Positions 27,860 to 38,869 of a stretch of DNA of 64,000 bases are shown here, piece after piece (within the stretch, counting starts at the first letter, position 1; each line of letters begins with the position of its first letter). Both the position numbers and the translations under genes were made by a program. The notes beneath the pieces were generated by a model. The model searched no databases and was not told where the DNA came from. It was given only the letters and a program-made list of their open reading frames with translations. Origin of the DNA: Candidatus Lustribacter sp. GTDB taxonomy: Bacteria; Vulcanimicrobiota; Vulcanimicrobiia; Vulcanimicrobiales; Vulcanimicrobiaceae. The DNA is taken from the NCBI GenBank assembly GCA_965277805.1, contig OZ255842.1:1216001-1280000 (forward strand). Reading direction: 5' to 3'.

Positions 27860-29290
27860 GTGTCGTCGGTCGCCGTGCTGCTGACGACTGCCGGGATCAT
27901 CGGGCTCACGCTCTTCGCGCGTGAGGTGAATACGTCGATCGCGATGTCGCAGATCAACGCGCGTGCGTTTTCCGAACGCGCGATCCAGCAGCGCCAAGCG
28001 TTCTTCGCTGCGGCGTACGAATTCGAAAATCGAGACGTGCACGAAGGCATGCACACGGTGGCGAGCATCCCGCGCCGGCCGCCTGCGCGCAACGGCGCCG
28101 GGTTACGGCCCGGCCCCGCGATCGGACCGGCAAACACGCCGGAAAACGTCCGGCCGCAGATCGAAACGGCCGTCGTCGACGGGATCGTCAAACACGGCAT
28201 CGGCGTGCGGTCGCGCTTCGAGGGCAGCCGCTTCGGCTACGCGATCGCGACGCTCTTCGGCGTGCGCATCGCCCCGCCCGTGCCGTTCATCAACGGTGTC
28301 ATCTCGTTCGGCCCCGACCCGGCGTTCTTCCAAAACGTCGCGCTGGCGATCGTCGGCGCCGTGCTCGTGGCCTCGATCGCGATCGGCGGGCTGGCGTACT
28401 TCATCGGCCGCTTCATCACGCTGCAGGCGATCAAGCCGCTGATCGATGTGACCGAGGCGCTGCAGCGCTTTGCCGCGCGCGACTTCCGCCCGCAATCGAT
28501 CACGACCGCCGGCCGCAGCGACTTCGACGTGTTGGCCCACGCGTACAACGCCGCTTCGGAACAAGTGTCGGCGGCGTTTGCCGAACGCGACGCGGCCGAA
28601 GCGCAGATGCGCCAGTTCGTCGCCGACGCCGGCCACGAACTGCGCACCCCGCTGACGATCGTGCTCGGCTACATCGATCTGCTGCACCGCAAGGCGAACC
28701 CCGGCGACGAACGCTCGAAATTCATTTTCTCGTCGATCGCCGCCGAAGGCCGCCGCATGCGCACGCTCGTCGACAACCTCGTGCTGCTGGCGAAACTCGA
28801 GGGCGAAGACACGCGGCTGTTCGAGCCGTTCGACGTCCGCGGCCTCGTCACGGAAATCGTCGACGTGCGGCGCGGCCTCGCGCCGGGCGTGCAGTTCGCG
28901 ATCGACGAGCGCGATGCCGCGACCGCGATTGCGGATCGCGGCGAAGTCTACGAAGCACTCGCCAACATCATCGACAATGCGATCAAATATGCGCCGGGTT
29001 CGGAGATTCGCATCGCGAGCGCGGTACCGCGCGACGGCGTCGTCGAGGTTTCCATCGCGGATGACGGTCCGGGCATTCCACCCGAAGACCGCGAGGCGAT
29101 CTTCGAACGGTTCTTCCGCGGCGCCGGCCGCGGCGAAGTGGAAGGCAGCGGCCTCGGCCTCGCCATCGCAAAACGCGCCATCGAGCGCGCCGGCGGCACG
29201 CTCCGCCTCGACACCACCGTTACCAGCGGCACCCGCTTCATCATAACCCTCCGAGCAGAACGAACGAACACGCCCGTCCTGTCAGGTTGA
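27860..29290 (+). CDS. Sensor histidine kinase (TM-HAMP-HisKA-HATPase); true start may lie near 27803
   Basis: ADAGHELRTPL, NIIDNAIKY, DDGPGI, GSGLGLAI. Confidence 0.93.
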   Translation: MSSVAVLLTTAGIIGLTLFAREVNTSIAMSQINARAFSERAIQQRQAFFAAAYEFENRDVHEGMHTVASIPRRPPARNGAGLRPGPAIGPANTPENVRPQIETAVVDGIVKHGIGVRSRFEGSRFGYAIATLFGVRIAPPVPFINGVISFGPDPAFFQNVALAIVGAVLVASIAIGGLAYFIGRFITLQAIKPLIDVTEALQRFAARDFRPQSITTAGRSDFDVLAHAYNAASEQVSAAFAERDAAEAQMRQFVADAGHELRTPLTIVLGYIDLLHRKANPGDERSKFIFSSIAAEGRRMRTLVDNLVLLAKLEGEDTRLFEPFDVRGLVTEIVDVRRGLAPGVQFAIDERDAATAIADRGEVYEALANIIDNAIKYAPGSEIRIASAVPRDGVVEVSIADDGPGIPPEDREAIFERFFRGAGRGEVEGSGLGLAIAKRAIERAGGTLRLDTTVTSGTRFIITLRAERTNTPVLSG

Positions 29291-29301
29291 CGCGGCAAAG
29301 G

Positions 29302-29351
29302 TGTCATCCCGAGCGAAGACGAGGGACCAGCGGTGCTCGCTCGGGATGACA
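29302..29351. repeat. REP-like element, inverted pair (hairpin) between convergent genes
   Basis: TGTCATCCCGAGCGA...TCGCTCGGGATGACA. Confidence 0.82.
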
Positions 29352-29356
29352 TCAAA

Positions 29357-29400
29357 GCGACACCTCTACTGAGAACGAGACAACTCTACTGAGGGCGACA
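29357..29400. repeat. Short 20-bp-period tandem repeat
   Basis: GACACCTCTACTGAG and GACAACTCTACTGAG 20 bp apart. Confidence 0.6.
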
Positions 29401-29976
29401 TCACGATCGTGTTTCTGAAGAGCGGCCCTCGGTGCGGCCCATGAGGACCATTTCGCGCATGCGGGGATGGTCGCGGTCTTGTTTGGCCATCCAGTCGTCG
29501 AGCGGCGGGACGGGGAGGCCGGTGCGGAAGAGCCAGTAGTAACAGCTGAGATCGCCGAGGTAGGCGAAGCGTTTTTTCGCATCGGCATAGAGCGCGTCGT
29601 AAGTTGGGAACGAGCGCGCGTACGATGAGACGTCGCCGTGTTCGGCTGCGAGCGCTTGTAGCGCGCGGGCGTTCGCGATCGTGCCGGCGATTTTCGAGCG
29701 CGAGTGCACGACGCCGTCGGCTTCCATGATGCGCTCGATCTCGCCCTCGCCGTACAAGGCGATCAGCGTGACGTTGAAGCCCTCGAACGCGGTGCGGAAT
29801 GCGTCCCAGCGCGCGTCGATCAGCGCCCAGCTCAAACCGGCTTGGAAGATCGCGCGCGTCATCACTTCGAGGTGATCGTCGAGCGTCGGCGCGGCGATGA
29901 CGCGCGGAATGCGTTCGGGGGGCGTGGGCTTGCTCGTGCGCAGCGGCGGCGGGCCCTTGGCGGACTTCTTCGGCAT
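29401..29976 (-). CDS. DNA-3-methyladenine glycosylase I family protein
   Basis: IFQAGLSW...FRTAFEGF...KIAGTIANAR; start trimmed to MPKKS. Confidence 0.82.
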   Translation of the reverse strand: MPKKSAKGPPPLRTSKPTPPERIPRVIAAPTLDDHLEVMTRAIFQAGLSWALIDARWDAFRTAFEGFNVTLIALYGEGEIERIMEADGVVHSRSKIAGTIANARALQALAAEHGDVSSYARSFPTYDALYADAKKRFAYLGDLSCYYWLFRTGLPVPPLDDWMAKQDRDHPRMREMVLMGRTEGRSSETRS

Positions 29977-29994
29977 CGTACCGGATAGAATCGC

Positions 29995-31524
29995 ATGAAC
30001 AAGACGTGGGTCCTGGTAGCAGCGATCCTCGGCTCCAGCATGAGCTTCATCGACGCCTCGGCGGTCAACGTTGCGTTGCCGATCATCCAGCGCGAGCTGG
30101 GCGCGACGCTGGCCGAAATGCAATGGGTAATCGAGGCCTACGCCTTGTTTCTCTCGGCGCTAATCCTCGTCGGCGGTTCGCTCGGCGACATCTTCGGCCG
30201 CCGTAAGCTCTTCGTCATCGGCATCGCAATCTTCACCGTGGCGTCAATCGGCTGCGCGGCGGCGCCGAATATTATCGTCCTGATCGTCTCGCGTTCGATC
30301 CAAGGCATCGGCGCGGCGCTCGCGGTGCCTGAATCCCTCGCGCTGATCAGCGTCACGTTCACCGGCGCCGAGCGCGGGAAAGCGATCGGCACGTGGTCGG
30401 GTTTCGCCTCGCTCACCGGCGCCGCCGGTCCCGTGATCGGCGGCTACCTCGCGCAAACCGCATCGTGGCGCTGGGTGTTTCTCATCAACGTTCCGCTCGC
30501 GCTGCTGGTGCTCGCGATCGCGATCCTGCGCGTGCCCGAAAGCCGCGATGAGCAGGCCTCGCACGCGATCGATTGGAGCGGCGCGCTGCTCGCAACCTTT
30601 GGTCTCGGCGGGCTCGTGTACGGGCTCATCCGCGTTCAGCTTGCCGGCGGCCGCATCGACGGCGGTATTGCGATCGTGGCCGGACTCGCGATCCTGGCGG
30701 CGTTCATCATCGTCGAGAAGCGCACCGCGCATCCGATGATGCCGCTGAAGATGTTCGCCTCACCGGTGTTCGCCATCGCGAACCTCTACACGCTCGCGCT
30801 GTATACCGCGCTCGGCGGCTCGCTGTATTTCTTTCCGTTCGTGCTCATCGACGTGCAAGGCTACTCGCCGACGGCTGCCGGCGCGACGTTTCTGCCGTTC
30901 GTCGTTTTGCAGTTCGTCCTCTCGCGCTGGTCGGGCGGAATCGTGCCGCGCGTCGGCGCGCGCTTGCCGCTCGTGGCCGGTGCAGCGTTCGCGGGCTGCG
31001 CGTTCATCCTCTACAGCCTGCCGGGTGTCGGCAGCACCAACTACTGGACGAGCTACTTCCCGGCCGTGCTGGTGCTCGGCATCGGCGCGACGCTGTTCAT
31101 CGCGCCGCTGACGACCACGGTCTTCGACTCATCCGATCCGGCGCTGAGCGGGCTCGCTTCGGGGATCAACAACGCCGTCGCGCGCACGGCCGGCCTGCTC
31201 GCGATCGCGCTTTTCGGCATCGTCTTCACGGCCGTATTCTCGAGCGGGTTCGAGGGCCGGCTCCAAGCCGCGCGCGTCTCGCCCCAAACCCAGTCGCTGG
31301 CAAACGCCGAGAAAGCCCGCTTCGCCGGCGGCACGGTGCCGCCCGACGTCCCGGCGCCCGACCGGCCGGCCGTGACCGATGCGGTGAAACACGGCGTACT
31401 GGCCGGGTTCCGCGGCGTCCAATATGCGTCCGCGGCGGTGTCGTTCCTCGCCGCCCTGATCGCCTTCTTCGCGCTCCCGGCCGGCCGCACTCAAGCTTAT
31501 AAGGAGAACGAAGCAAGCTCGTAG
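29995..31524 (+). CDS. MFS transporter, DHA2 (14-TMS drug efflux) type
   Basis: DASAVNVALP, GDIFGRRK, WRWVFLINVP. Confidence 0.93.
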   Translation: MNKTWVLVAAILGSSMSFIDASAVNVALPIIQRELGATLAEMQWVIEAYALFLSALILVGGSLGDIFGRRKLFVIGIAIFTVASIGCAAAPNIIVLIVSRSIQGIGAALAVPESLALISVTFTGAERGKAIGTWSGFASLTGAAGPVIGGYLAQTASWRWVFLINVPLALLVLAIAILRVPESRDEQASHAIDWSGALLATFGLGGLVYGLIRVQLAGGRIDGGIAIVAGLAILAAFIIVEKRTAHPMMPLKMFASPVFAIANLYTLALYTALGGSLYFFPFVLIDVQGYSPTAAGATFLPFVVLQFVLSRWSGGIVPRVGARLPLVAGAAFAGCAFILYSLPGVGSTNYWTSYFPAVLVLGIGATLFIAPLTTTVFDSSDPALSGLASGINNAVARTAGLLAIALFGIVFTAVFSSGFEGRLQAARVSPQTQSLANAEKARFAGGTVPPDVPAPDRPAVTDAVKHGVLAGFRGVQYASAAVSFLAALIAFFALPAGRTQAYKENEASS

Positions 31525-31538
31525 CGGGCTCCCCTGCG

Positions 31539-31567
31539 TTGACGGTACTCGTCCGGCTTGATATAAT
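31539..31567 (+). promoter_or_regulatory. str operon promoter
   Basis: TTGACG, 17 bp spacer, TATAAT with extended TG. Confidence 0.85.
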
Positions 31568-31624
31568 CCCGAGGTTCGGCCCACCGGCGGTGTGGCCGCT
31601 TTCGTGTGTGTTTCGAGGATAGGC

Positions 31625-32077
31625 GTGCCGACAATCTCCCAATTGGTCCGTAAGGGCCGCGAAAAGATCCAGAAAAAGGTCAAAACCCCGGCCTTCCGCG
31701 TCGTTTCGACCGGTCCGAAGCCGGGTCACCCGGATCTGCCCAATCGGACGTTCGAGGTCGCCGGGAATCCCCAGCGCCGCGGCGTCTGCACGCAAGTCAA
31801 GACGATCACCCCGAAGAAGCCGAACTCGGCCCTCCGGAAAGTCGCCCGCGTCCGCCTCACCAACGGTGAGGAAGTGACCGCTTACATCCCGGGCATCGGC
31901 CACAATCTTCAGGAACATAGCGTCGTCCTGATCCGCGGCGGTCGCGTCAAAGATCTCCCGGGCGTGCGCTATCACATCATTCGCGGAACGCTCGACACCT
32001 CGGGTGCCGCGAACCGCAAGCAAGGCCGCTCGAAATACGGCGCCAAGCGCAACGCCAAACCTACCGGTAAGAAGTAA
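31625..32077 (+). CDS. rpsL: 30S ribosomal protein S12
   Basis: [33 protein letters not shown] start [11 protein letters not shown]. Confidence 0.98.
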   Translation: MPTISQLVRKGREKIQKKVKTPAFRVVSTGPKPGHPDLPNRTFEVAGNPQRRGVCTQVKTITPKKPNSALRKVARVRLTNGEEVTAYIPGIGHNLQEHSVVLIRGGRVKDLPGVRYHIIRGTLDTSGAANRKQGRSKYGAKRNAKPTGKK

Positions 32078-32091
32078 GCGAGTCGATATAC

Positions 32092-32562
32092 ATGCCGCGT
32101 AAAGGTCCGGTCCCGAAGCGACCGATTCTCCCCGATCCGAAGTTCAACTCGAAAGTGCTGTCGCGCTTCATCAACAAGGTGATGCTACAGGGCAAGAAGA
32201 GTGTGGCGGAGCGTATCTGCTACAGCGCGCTCGAGATCGTCGAGACGAAGTCGGGCCGCGACCCAATGGACATCTTCACGCAGGCGCTCGGCAACGCGAT
32301 GCCGCTGGTGGAAGTCCGCCCGCGCCGCGTCGGCGGCGCCACCTATCAAGTTCCGATGGAAGTCCGTCCCGACCGCCGTCAAGCGATGGCGATGCGCTGG
32401 CTGATCAATTACGCCCGTGCCCGGCCCGGTCACTCCATGGAAGAAAAGCTCGCAGCCGAATTGATGGACGCCGCCAACAACCTTGGCAACTCGATCAAGA
32501 AGCGCGAAGACACTCACAAGATGGCCGAAGCCAACAAAGCCTTCGCCCACTACCGCTGGTAA
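32092..32562 (+). CDS. rpsG: 30S ribosomal protein S7
   Basis: [26 protein letters not shown]. Confidence 0.98.
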   Translation: MPRKGPVPKRPILPDPKFNSKVLSRFINKVMLQGKKSVAERICYSALEIVETKSGRDPMDIFTQALGNAMPLVEVRPRRVGGATYQVPMEVRPDRRQAMAMRWLINYARARPGHSMEEKLAAELMDAANNLGNSIKKREDTHKMAEANKAFAHYRW

Positions 32563-32580
32563 TCGTACCGCTCTAACATC

Positions 32581-34683
32581 ATGCCGCTCAACCGCGAACA
32601 CCCCCTCGAGAAAACCCGCAACATCGGGATTGCTGCGCATATCGACGCCGGAAAAACGACGGCGACCGAGCGTATTCTGTTTTACACCGGCCGCACGCAC
32701 AAAATCGGCGAAGTGCACGATGGTGCTGCGACCATGGACTGGATGGTCCAGGAACAGGAACGCGGCATCACGATCACCTCGGCCGCTACGGCGTGCACGT
32801 GGCGCGACACGCGTATCAACATTATTGATACGCCAGGCCACGTGGACTTCACAGTCGAGGTCGAGCGCTCGCTGCGCGTCCTCGACGGTCTCGTCGCGCT
32901 GTTCGACTCGGTAGCCGCCGTGCAGCCGCAGTCCGAGACGGTGTGGCGCCAAGCCAACAAGTACAAAGTCCCGCGCATCATCTTCGTCAACAAGATGGAC
33001 CGCATGGGGGCCGATTTCTTCAATTGCGTCGCGAAGATCCGCGAACGCCTCGGCGCGCCCGCCGTTCCGATCCAAGTGCCGATCGGCGCCGAAGCCGATT
33101 TCCTCGGCGTGGTCGATCTCTTCACGATGAAGAAGATCGTCTATACCGACGATGCCGGCTCGGTGATGGAAACCGACGAGAGCCCGACGGGCGAACTGCT
33201 CGAAATCGCGACCAAGTGGCGCGGCGAGCTGATCGAAGCGATCGCCGAGCAAGACGACGAGCTGCTCGAGCTGTTCTTCGACGGCAAAGACATCCCGATC
33301 GATCGCCTCAAGTCGGCACTGCGCAAAGCGACGATCGCCGGCCAGGTGCTGCCGATGCTGTGCGGTTCCGCGTTCAAGAACAAGGGCGTGCAGCCGCTGC
33401 TCGACGCCGTCGTCGACTTTCTGCCCTCGCCGCTGGAAGCCAAGACGATCACCGGCAAGGATCCCAAGACCGACGAAGACATCACCCGCAAGGCTGATGA
33501 TAAGGAACCGTTCGCGGCGCTCGCGTTCAAGATCGCGACCGATCCGTACGGCAACCTGACGTACTTCCGCGTGTATTCCGGCGTGCTCGAAAAGGGCTCG
33601 TACGTCTACAACGCGCGCAGCGGCAAAAAAGAACGCATCGGGCGCATCTTGCGCATGCACGCCAACCATCGCGAAGACATCGACGCGATCGGCGCGGGCG
33701 ACATCGCGGCGGCCGTCGGCATGACCGACACGCGCACCGGCGACACGCTGTGCGATGAGAAGCACCCGATCTTGCTCGAGAACATCGTGTTCCCGGAGCC
33801 CGTCATCTTCCAGGCCATCGAGCCGAAGACCAAGGGCGATCAGGACAAGCTCGGCATCGCCTTGACGCGTCTCGCGCAAGAAGATCCGACCTTCCGCATG
33901 CGCACCGACGAAGAGACGCAGCAGACGATCATCGGCGGGATGGGCGAGCTGCATCTCGAGATCATCTTGGACCGCCTCAAACGCGAGTTCAAGGTCGAAG
34001 CGAACGTCGGCAAGCCGCAAGTCGCCTACAAAGAAGCGATCACGAAAACCGTCGAGCAGCAGGGCAAATTCGTCCGGCAGTCCGGTGGTAAGGGTCAGTA
34101 CGGCGACGTCTGGATTCGTCTGGAGCCGCAGCCGGCCGGCACGGGTTACGTGTTCGAGAACAAAGTCGTCGGCGGTACGGTTCCGAAGGAATACGTCAAG
34201 CCGGTCGGCGAGGGCATTCGCGAAGCGTCCGAGTCCGGAACGCTGGCGGGTTACCCCGTACTCGATTTCAAGGCAACGCTCTACGACGGTTCGTACCACG
34301 ATGTCGACTCGTCGGAAATGGCGTTTAAGATCGCGGCCTCGATGGCGTTCAAAGAAGCCAACAAGAAGGCCGGCCCGATCTTGCTCGAGCCGATCATGAA
34401 AGTCGAAGTGACGACGCCCAAGGATTACTTGGGTGCCATCAACGGCGACTTGAACCGGCGCCGCGGTCAGATCCAATCGCAAGAAGAAGCTCCGGGCGGA
34501 GCCGTGGTGATTACCGCGGACGTGCCGCTCTCCGAGATGTTCGGGTATGCGACCGACATGCGTTCCGCGACTCAGGGCCGCGCGACGTACACGATGGAAT
34601 TCTCGCGCTACGAGAAAGCGCCGAAGTCCGTCGAGGAAGAGATCGTCGCGAAGGCTTCCGGCAAGAAGCTCGCGACCGCGTAG
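32581..34683 (+). CDS. fusA: Elongation factor G
   Basis: [39 protein letters not shown]. Confidence 0.99.
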   Translation: MPLNREHPLEKTRNIGIAAHIDAGKTTATERILFYTGRTHKIGEVHDGAATMDWMVQEQERGITITSAATACTWRDTRINIIDTPGHVDFTVEVERSLRVLDGLVALFDSVAAVQPQSETVWRQANKYKVPRIIFVNKMDRMGADFFNCVAKIRERLGAPAVPIQVPIGAEADFLGVVDLFTMKKIVYTDDAGSVMETDESPTGELLEIATKWRGELIEAIAEQDDELLELFFDGKDIPIDRLKSALRKATIAGQVLPMLCGSAFKNKGVQPLLDAVVDFLPSPLEAKTITGKDPKTDEDITRKADDKEPFAALAFKIATDPYGNLTYFRVYSGVLEKGSYVYNARSGKKERIGRILRMHANHREDIDAIGAGDIAAAVGMTDTRTGDTLCDEKHPILLENIVFPEPVIFQAIEPKTKGDQDKLGIALTRLAQEDPTFRMRTDEETQQTIIGGMGELHLEIILDRLKREFKVEANVGKPQVAYKEAITKTVEQQGKFVRQSGGKGQYGDVWIRLEPQPAGTGYVFENKVVGGTVPKEYVKPVGEGIREASESGTLAGYPVLDFKATLYDGSYHDVDSSEMAFKIAASMAFKEANKKAGPILLEPIMKVEVTTPKDYLGAINGDLNRRRGQIQSQEEAPGGAVVITADVPLSEMFGYATDMRSATQGRATYTMEFSRYEKAPKSVEEEIVAKASGKKLATA

Positions 34684-34742
34684 CCCAAAAAAAGTTTCAC
34701 CTAGTAGCGCACATCTAAACCGAAGGAACACAGAAGCAGATC

Positions 34743-35948
<1,206 letters not shown>

Positions 35949-35962
35949 GTAAGAGAGACATC

Positions 35963-36271
35963 ATGGCGAAGCAGAAAATTCGTATCCGGCTCAAAGCCTA
36001 CGATCACGCGATCCTCGATCAGTCCGCCGAACGCATCGTCGACACGGCCAAGCGTACCGGCGCGTTCGTGAGCGGCCCCGTGCCGCTGCCGACCGAGATC
36101 AACCGGGTTTGCGTGCTGCGTTCGCCGCACGTCGACAAGAAGAGCCGCGAGCACTTCGAGATGCGCACGCACAAGCGCTTGATCGACATCCTCCAAGCGT
36201 CCCCGAAAACGATGGACGCCCTCATGCACCTCGACCTGCCGGCCGGCGTGGATATCGAACTAAAAGCGTAG
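35963..36271 (+). CDS. rpsJ: 30S ribosomal protein S10
   Basis: [24 protein letters not shown]. Confidence 0.98.
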   Translation: MAKQKIRIRLKAYDHAILDQSAERIVDTAKRTGAFVSGPVPLPTEINRVCVLRSPHVDKKSREHFEMRTHKRLIDILQASPKTMDALMHLDLPAGVDIELKA

Positions 36272-36292
36272 TCCGAAAAGGGCACAATGAAG

Positions 36293-36318
36293 AAACCGCT
36301 CGCTTGGGCGGTTTTTTT
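36293..36318 (+). terminator. Rho-independent terminator after rpsJ
   Basis: AAACCGCTC-GCTT-GGGCGGTTT followed by further Ts. Confidence 0.85.
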
Positions 36319-36395
36319 ATGTGCGCCAGCGCGCGATTTGGAGAGGTCGGTGAGAGCGTGATATGGAGGGCTCGATTGGGGGTAAACCTCCGGGC

Positions 36396-36839
36396 ATGAA
36401 TATAAAGCGCACCCTTGCTTCGGTCGCGCTGGCCGGCACGGTCGCCTGGACCGCGGTCCCGGCTCGTCCCGCGTTGGCCGACGGCGCGGCATCCACGCGC
36501 AATATCATCGGCGGCGCAGCGGTCATCGGCGGAACCTTGCTGATCATCAACCACAACAAGCAAGTTCACGCGAAAGAAGACCAGATGGCTTCGGCTCAGG
36601 CCCAGTCCGAAGAAAACGCGAACAACGCGCAAGCGGCATATCAGGCGGAACGCAGGGCGTACCGCGCGCAAGTCGCGATCAACAATGAGTACAAGCACGA
36701 GGTCGCGCTGCAGCATAAGCTGATCGTCCAAATGCGCGGCCAGCTCGCCTCAGCGCACCGCTCGGGCTACGTTAGCCAAGCCCCGGCTCAGCAGCCGGCT
36801 CGCGTCGCGACGACGTCGTACGGCTGGGGAACGCTCTAA
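36396..36839 (+). CDS. Secreted hypothetical protein (glycine-zipper-like segment plus coiled coil)
   Basis: Signal peptide ending [14 protein letters not shown]; Ala/Gln-rich helix. Confidence 0.7.
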   Translation: MNIKRTLASVALAGTVAWTAVPARPALADGAASTRNIIGGAAVIGGTLLIINHNKQVHAKEDQMASAQAQSEENANNAQAAYQAERRAYRAQVAINNEYKHEVALQHKLIVQMRGQLASAHRSGYVSQAPAQQPARVATTSYGWGTL

Positions 36840-36842
36840 GCC

Positions 36843-37235
36843 ATGCGCTCGAGCCTCATCTGCGCGAGCGGTGTGTTCGCGCTTGGCCTCGCCGCGTGCG
36901 GCGGCGGCGCGGGCGACGGGACGTCACCTCAGAAGGTCACGAACGACGTCACGGCCGCCGTGTACAACGACGACCTCAACGCCATGCAATCGCACTTCGA
37001 CGACGCGCTGAAGAAGCAAGTCACGATCGACGGCGTCGCGACGCTCTCGCAAAAACTGCACGCCTTCGGCGCATATAATGGCGTCACCCAAACAGCTGCC
37101 GATTCGACCGGCGGACGCTACGATTATAACGCCGGCTTCGATAAAGCCACGATGGCCGTCCACGTTCGGGTTGATTCGGACGGACGAATCGCTGCCTACC
37201 GGATCGACGTCCCGCAGAACGTCGCATCACGATAA
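36843..37235 (+). CDS. Putative lipoprotein
   Basis: Lipobox LAAC-GG; 3 bp after the upstream stop. Confidence 0.75.
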   Translation: MRSSLICASGVFALGLAACGGGAGDGTSPQKVTNDVTAAVYNDDLNAMQSHFDDALKKQVTIDGVATLSQKLHAFGAYNGVTQTAADSTGGRYDYNAGFDKATMAVHVRVDSDGRIAAYRIDVPQNVASR

Positions 37236-37252
37236 ACGGAGTAACGACGTTC

Positions 37253-37513
37253 ATGCTTTCGAATCAAAAGATCGCGGCGATCTACAACCTTCGCACGGCG
37301 GTCGAGGCTAAGGTCAAAGCCGAACAGCGCCTGAAGAACGTACCCTCAGCCGATGCTCGCATCGCGCTGCTGAACGCGACGCTCGAGGTCGAGGCGAAAA
37401 CGCAGACCGCGATCGAGGCCTGTCACGCATGCGGCCGCAAGCACGAACCCGAGGAAATGCCCTGCGACAACGTCATCGAAGTCGACTTCGGCGTCGACCA
37501 ATCGATCGGTTAG
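37253..37513 (+). CDS. Small hypothetical protein with CxxC-x3-H...C
   Basis: GGAG SD; helical body; CHACGRKH...PCDNVIEVDF. Confidence 0.7.
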   Translation: MLSNQKIAAIYNLRTAVEAKVKAEQRLKNVPSADARIALLNATLEVEAKTQTAIEACHACGRKHEPEEMPCDNVIEVDFGVDQSIG

Positions 37514-37929
37514 CCGACGCCGGCGCCCTGCTGCCGGGCGACCGGCAGGCGTTTGGTGAGGCGCACGCACGACCCGCGCTCGTCGAAGTCCACCTGATCC
37601 ATCAGGTGGCGCATTAAGTAGATGCCGAACCCGCGGGGGGCGTCGTGCGCCGGCTTCGGCGCAGACGGATTGCAGAGAAAGCCGCGGCCCTCGTCTTGCA
37701 CTTCGATGACGATGCTGTCCCGCTCGACGAAGACGCGAACTTCGAAACCGCTGCCGGCCTGGTGTCCGTGTTCGGCGGCGTTGGCCAAGGCCTCGCCGAC
37801 GGCCGTTTCGATATCGGCCAAATCGCCGTCCGGGTACCCGAACGAGGCAATATGCGCAATTAACGAGCGTCGCGCAAATGCCGCCGCCCGCCGAGTATTC
37901 GGAAACCGCGCCCGGAAATCACCTGTCAT
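37510..37929 (-). CDS. RsbW/SpoIIAB-like anti-sigma-factor ATPase domain protein
   Basis: AVGEALANAAEHG, VQDEGRGF, RGFGIYLMRHLMD. Confidence 0.88.
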   Translation of the reverse strand: MTGDFRARFPNTRRAAAFARRSLIAHIASFGYPDGDLADIETAVGEALANAAEHGHQAGSGFEVRVFVERDSIVIEVQDEGRGFLCNPSAPKPAHDAPRGFGIYLMRHLMDQVDFDERGSCVRLTKRLPVARQQGAGVG

Positions 37930-38021
37930 AGTTGCGTTAAGACGCGTATACCACGAAACGGCGAAGTCCAACCGCTGCCTCGCTTGAAAGAACCGGCCGG
38001 CTGAATCCGAACCTCCGGGAC

Positions 38022-38447
38022 ATGCCCATTCCGCTCGACGTTTCGTTCGAACGCACGTTTTCTGGTACTCCGAAGCGTATTTACCAGCTCCTGACCGAGA
38101 TGGGGACGTCGGCCGACGCCATCTGGCCATTCGCCTCGCAGCCGTTCATGCGCAGCGCCGGCCCGCTCGTGCCGGGTCAAACCGAGGAGTGGCACCTTGG
38201 GCTGCACGCGGTGCTGGAGTCGGTCGAGCCGGAGAAGAGCATCATCTGGCGGATCGACAACGACGGGGTCGACGGCACGCACGGCTTCACGATCGTCCAA
38301 GACGGCAAGAAGAGCACCGTAATCCACCGGGTATGCGCCGAGCTGTCCGACCTCGACGGCCGGCTGCTCTGGAAGCGGGTGGAAGATGGTCATCAGCGCG
38401 CCATCGAGGGATTGTTCGACAAGCTGGGGCGCGTCCTCAAGCGTTAG
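38022..38447 (+). CDS. SRPBCC/START-like hypothetical protein
   Basis: Size and pattern (VEPEKSIIWR...HGFTI, C-terminal helix). Confidence 0.6.
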   Translation: MPIPLDVSFERTFSGTPKRIYQLLTEMGTSADAIWPFASQPFMRSAGPLVPGQTEEWHLGLHAVLESVEPEKSIIWRIDNDGVDGTHGFTIVQDGKKSTVIHRVCAELSDLDGRLLWKRVEDGHQRAIEGLFDKLGRVLKR

Positions 38448-38459
38448 CGGATCCGCTCG

Positions 38460-38858
38460 CTATTTCGGCTTCATCGTGGTGGAGTTGAGGATCGGGATCT
38501 GCGTGTACGCTTTCCCCGCCGGAATCGACGAGAGGTAGGCGTAGATGTTAGCGAGGTCGCTCGTCGGCAGAATTTTCTCGGAGAACGACGGCATGTTTCC
38601 GCTCGGCTTGCGGACGTAGGCGTTCACTGCCGCCCACGGCAGCGGATGCGGCGCTAGCCGGGCGCCGGTGCCGTAGTTGCCCTGACCGACGGTGCCGTGG
38701 CACTCGTAGCAGCCGTAGCGCAAGAACGCGGCTTTGCCGCGCGCCGCATCGCCGGGCGGCGGCGCCGGCGCGGCCGCCGTGGTTTGGGCGAGCGCGCCAT
38801 GGACGGAGAAGAGCGCCGCGGCCATCACGGCGAGTGCGAGCGTTATCAAGCGTTGCAT
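38460..38858 (-). CDS. Secreted monoheme cytochrome c (copy 2)
   Basis: Sec-type signal ending ALA; CYECH; distal Met in MPSF. Confidence 0.92.
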   Translation of the reverse strand: MQRLITLALAVMAAALFSVHGALAQTTAAAPAPPPGDAARGKAAFLRYGCYECHGTVGQGNYGTGARLAPHPLPWAAVNAYVRKPSGNMPSFSEKILPTSDLANIYAYLSSIPAGKAYTQIPILNSTTMKPK

Positions 38859-38869
38859 CAGCGTAATCC

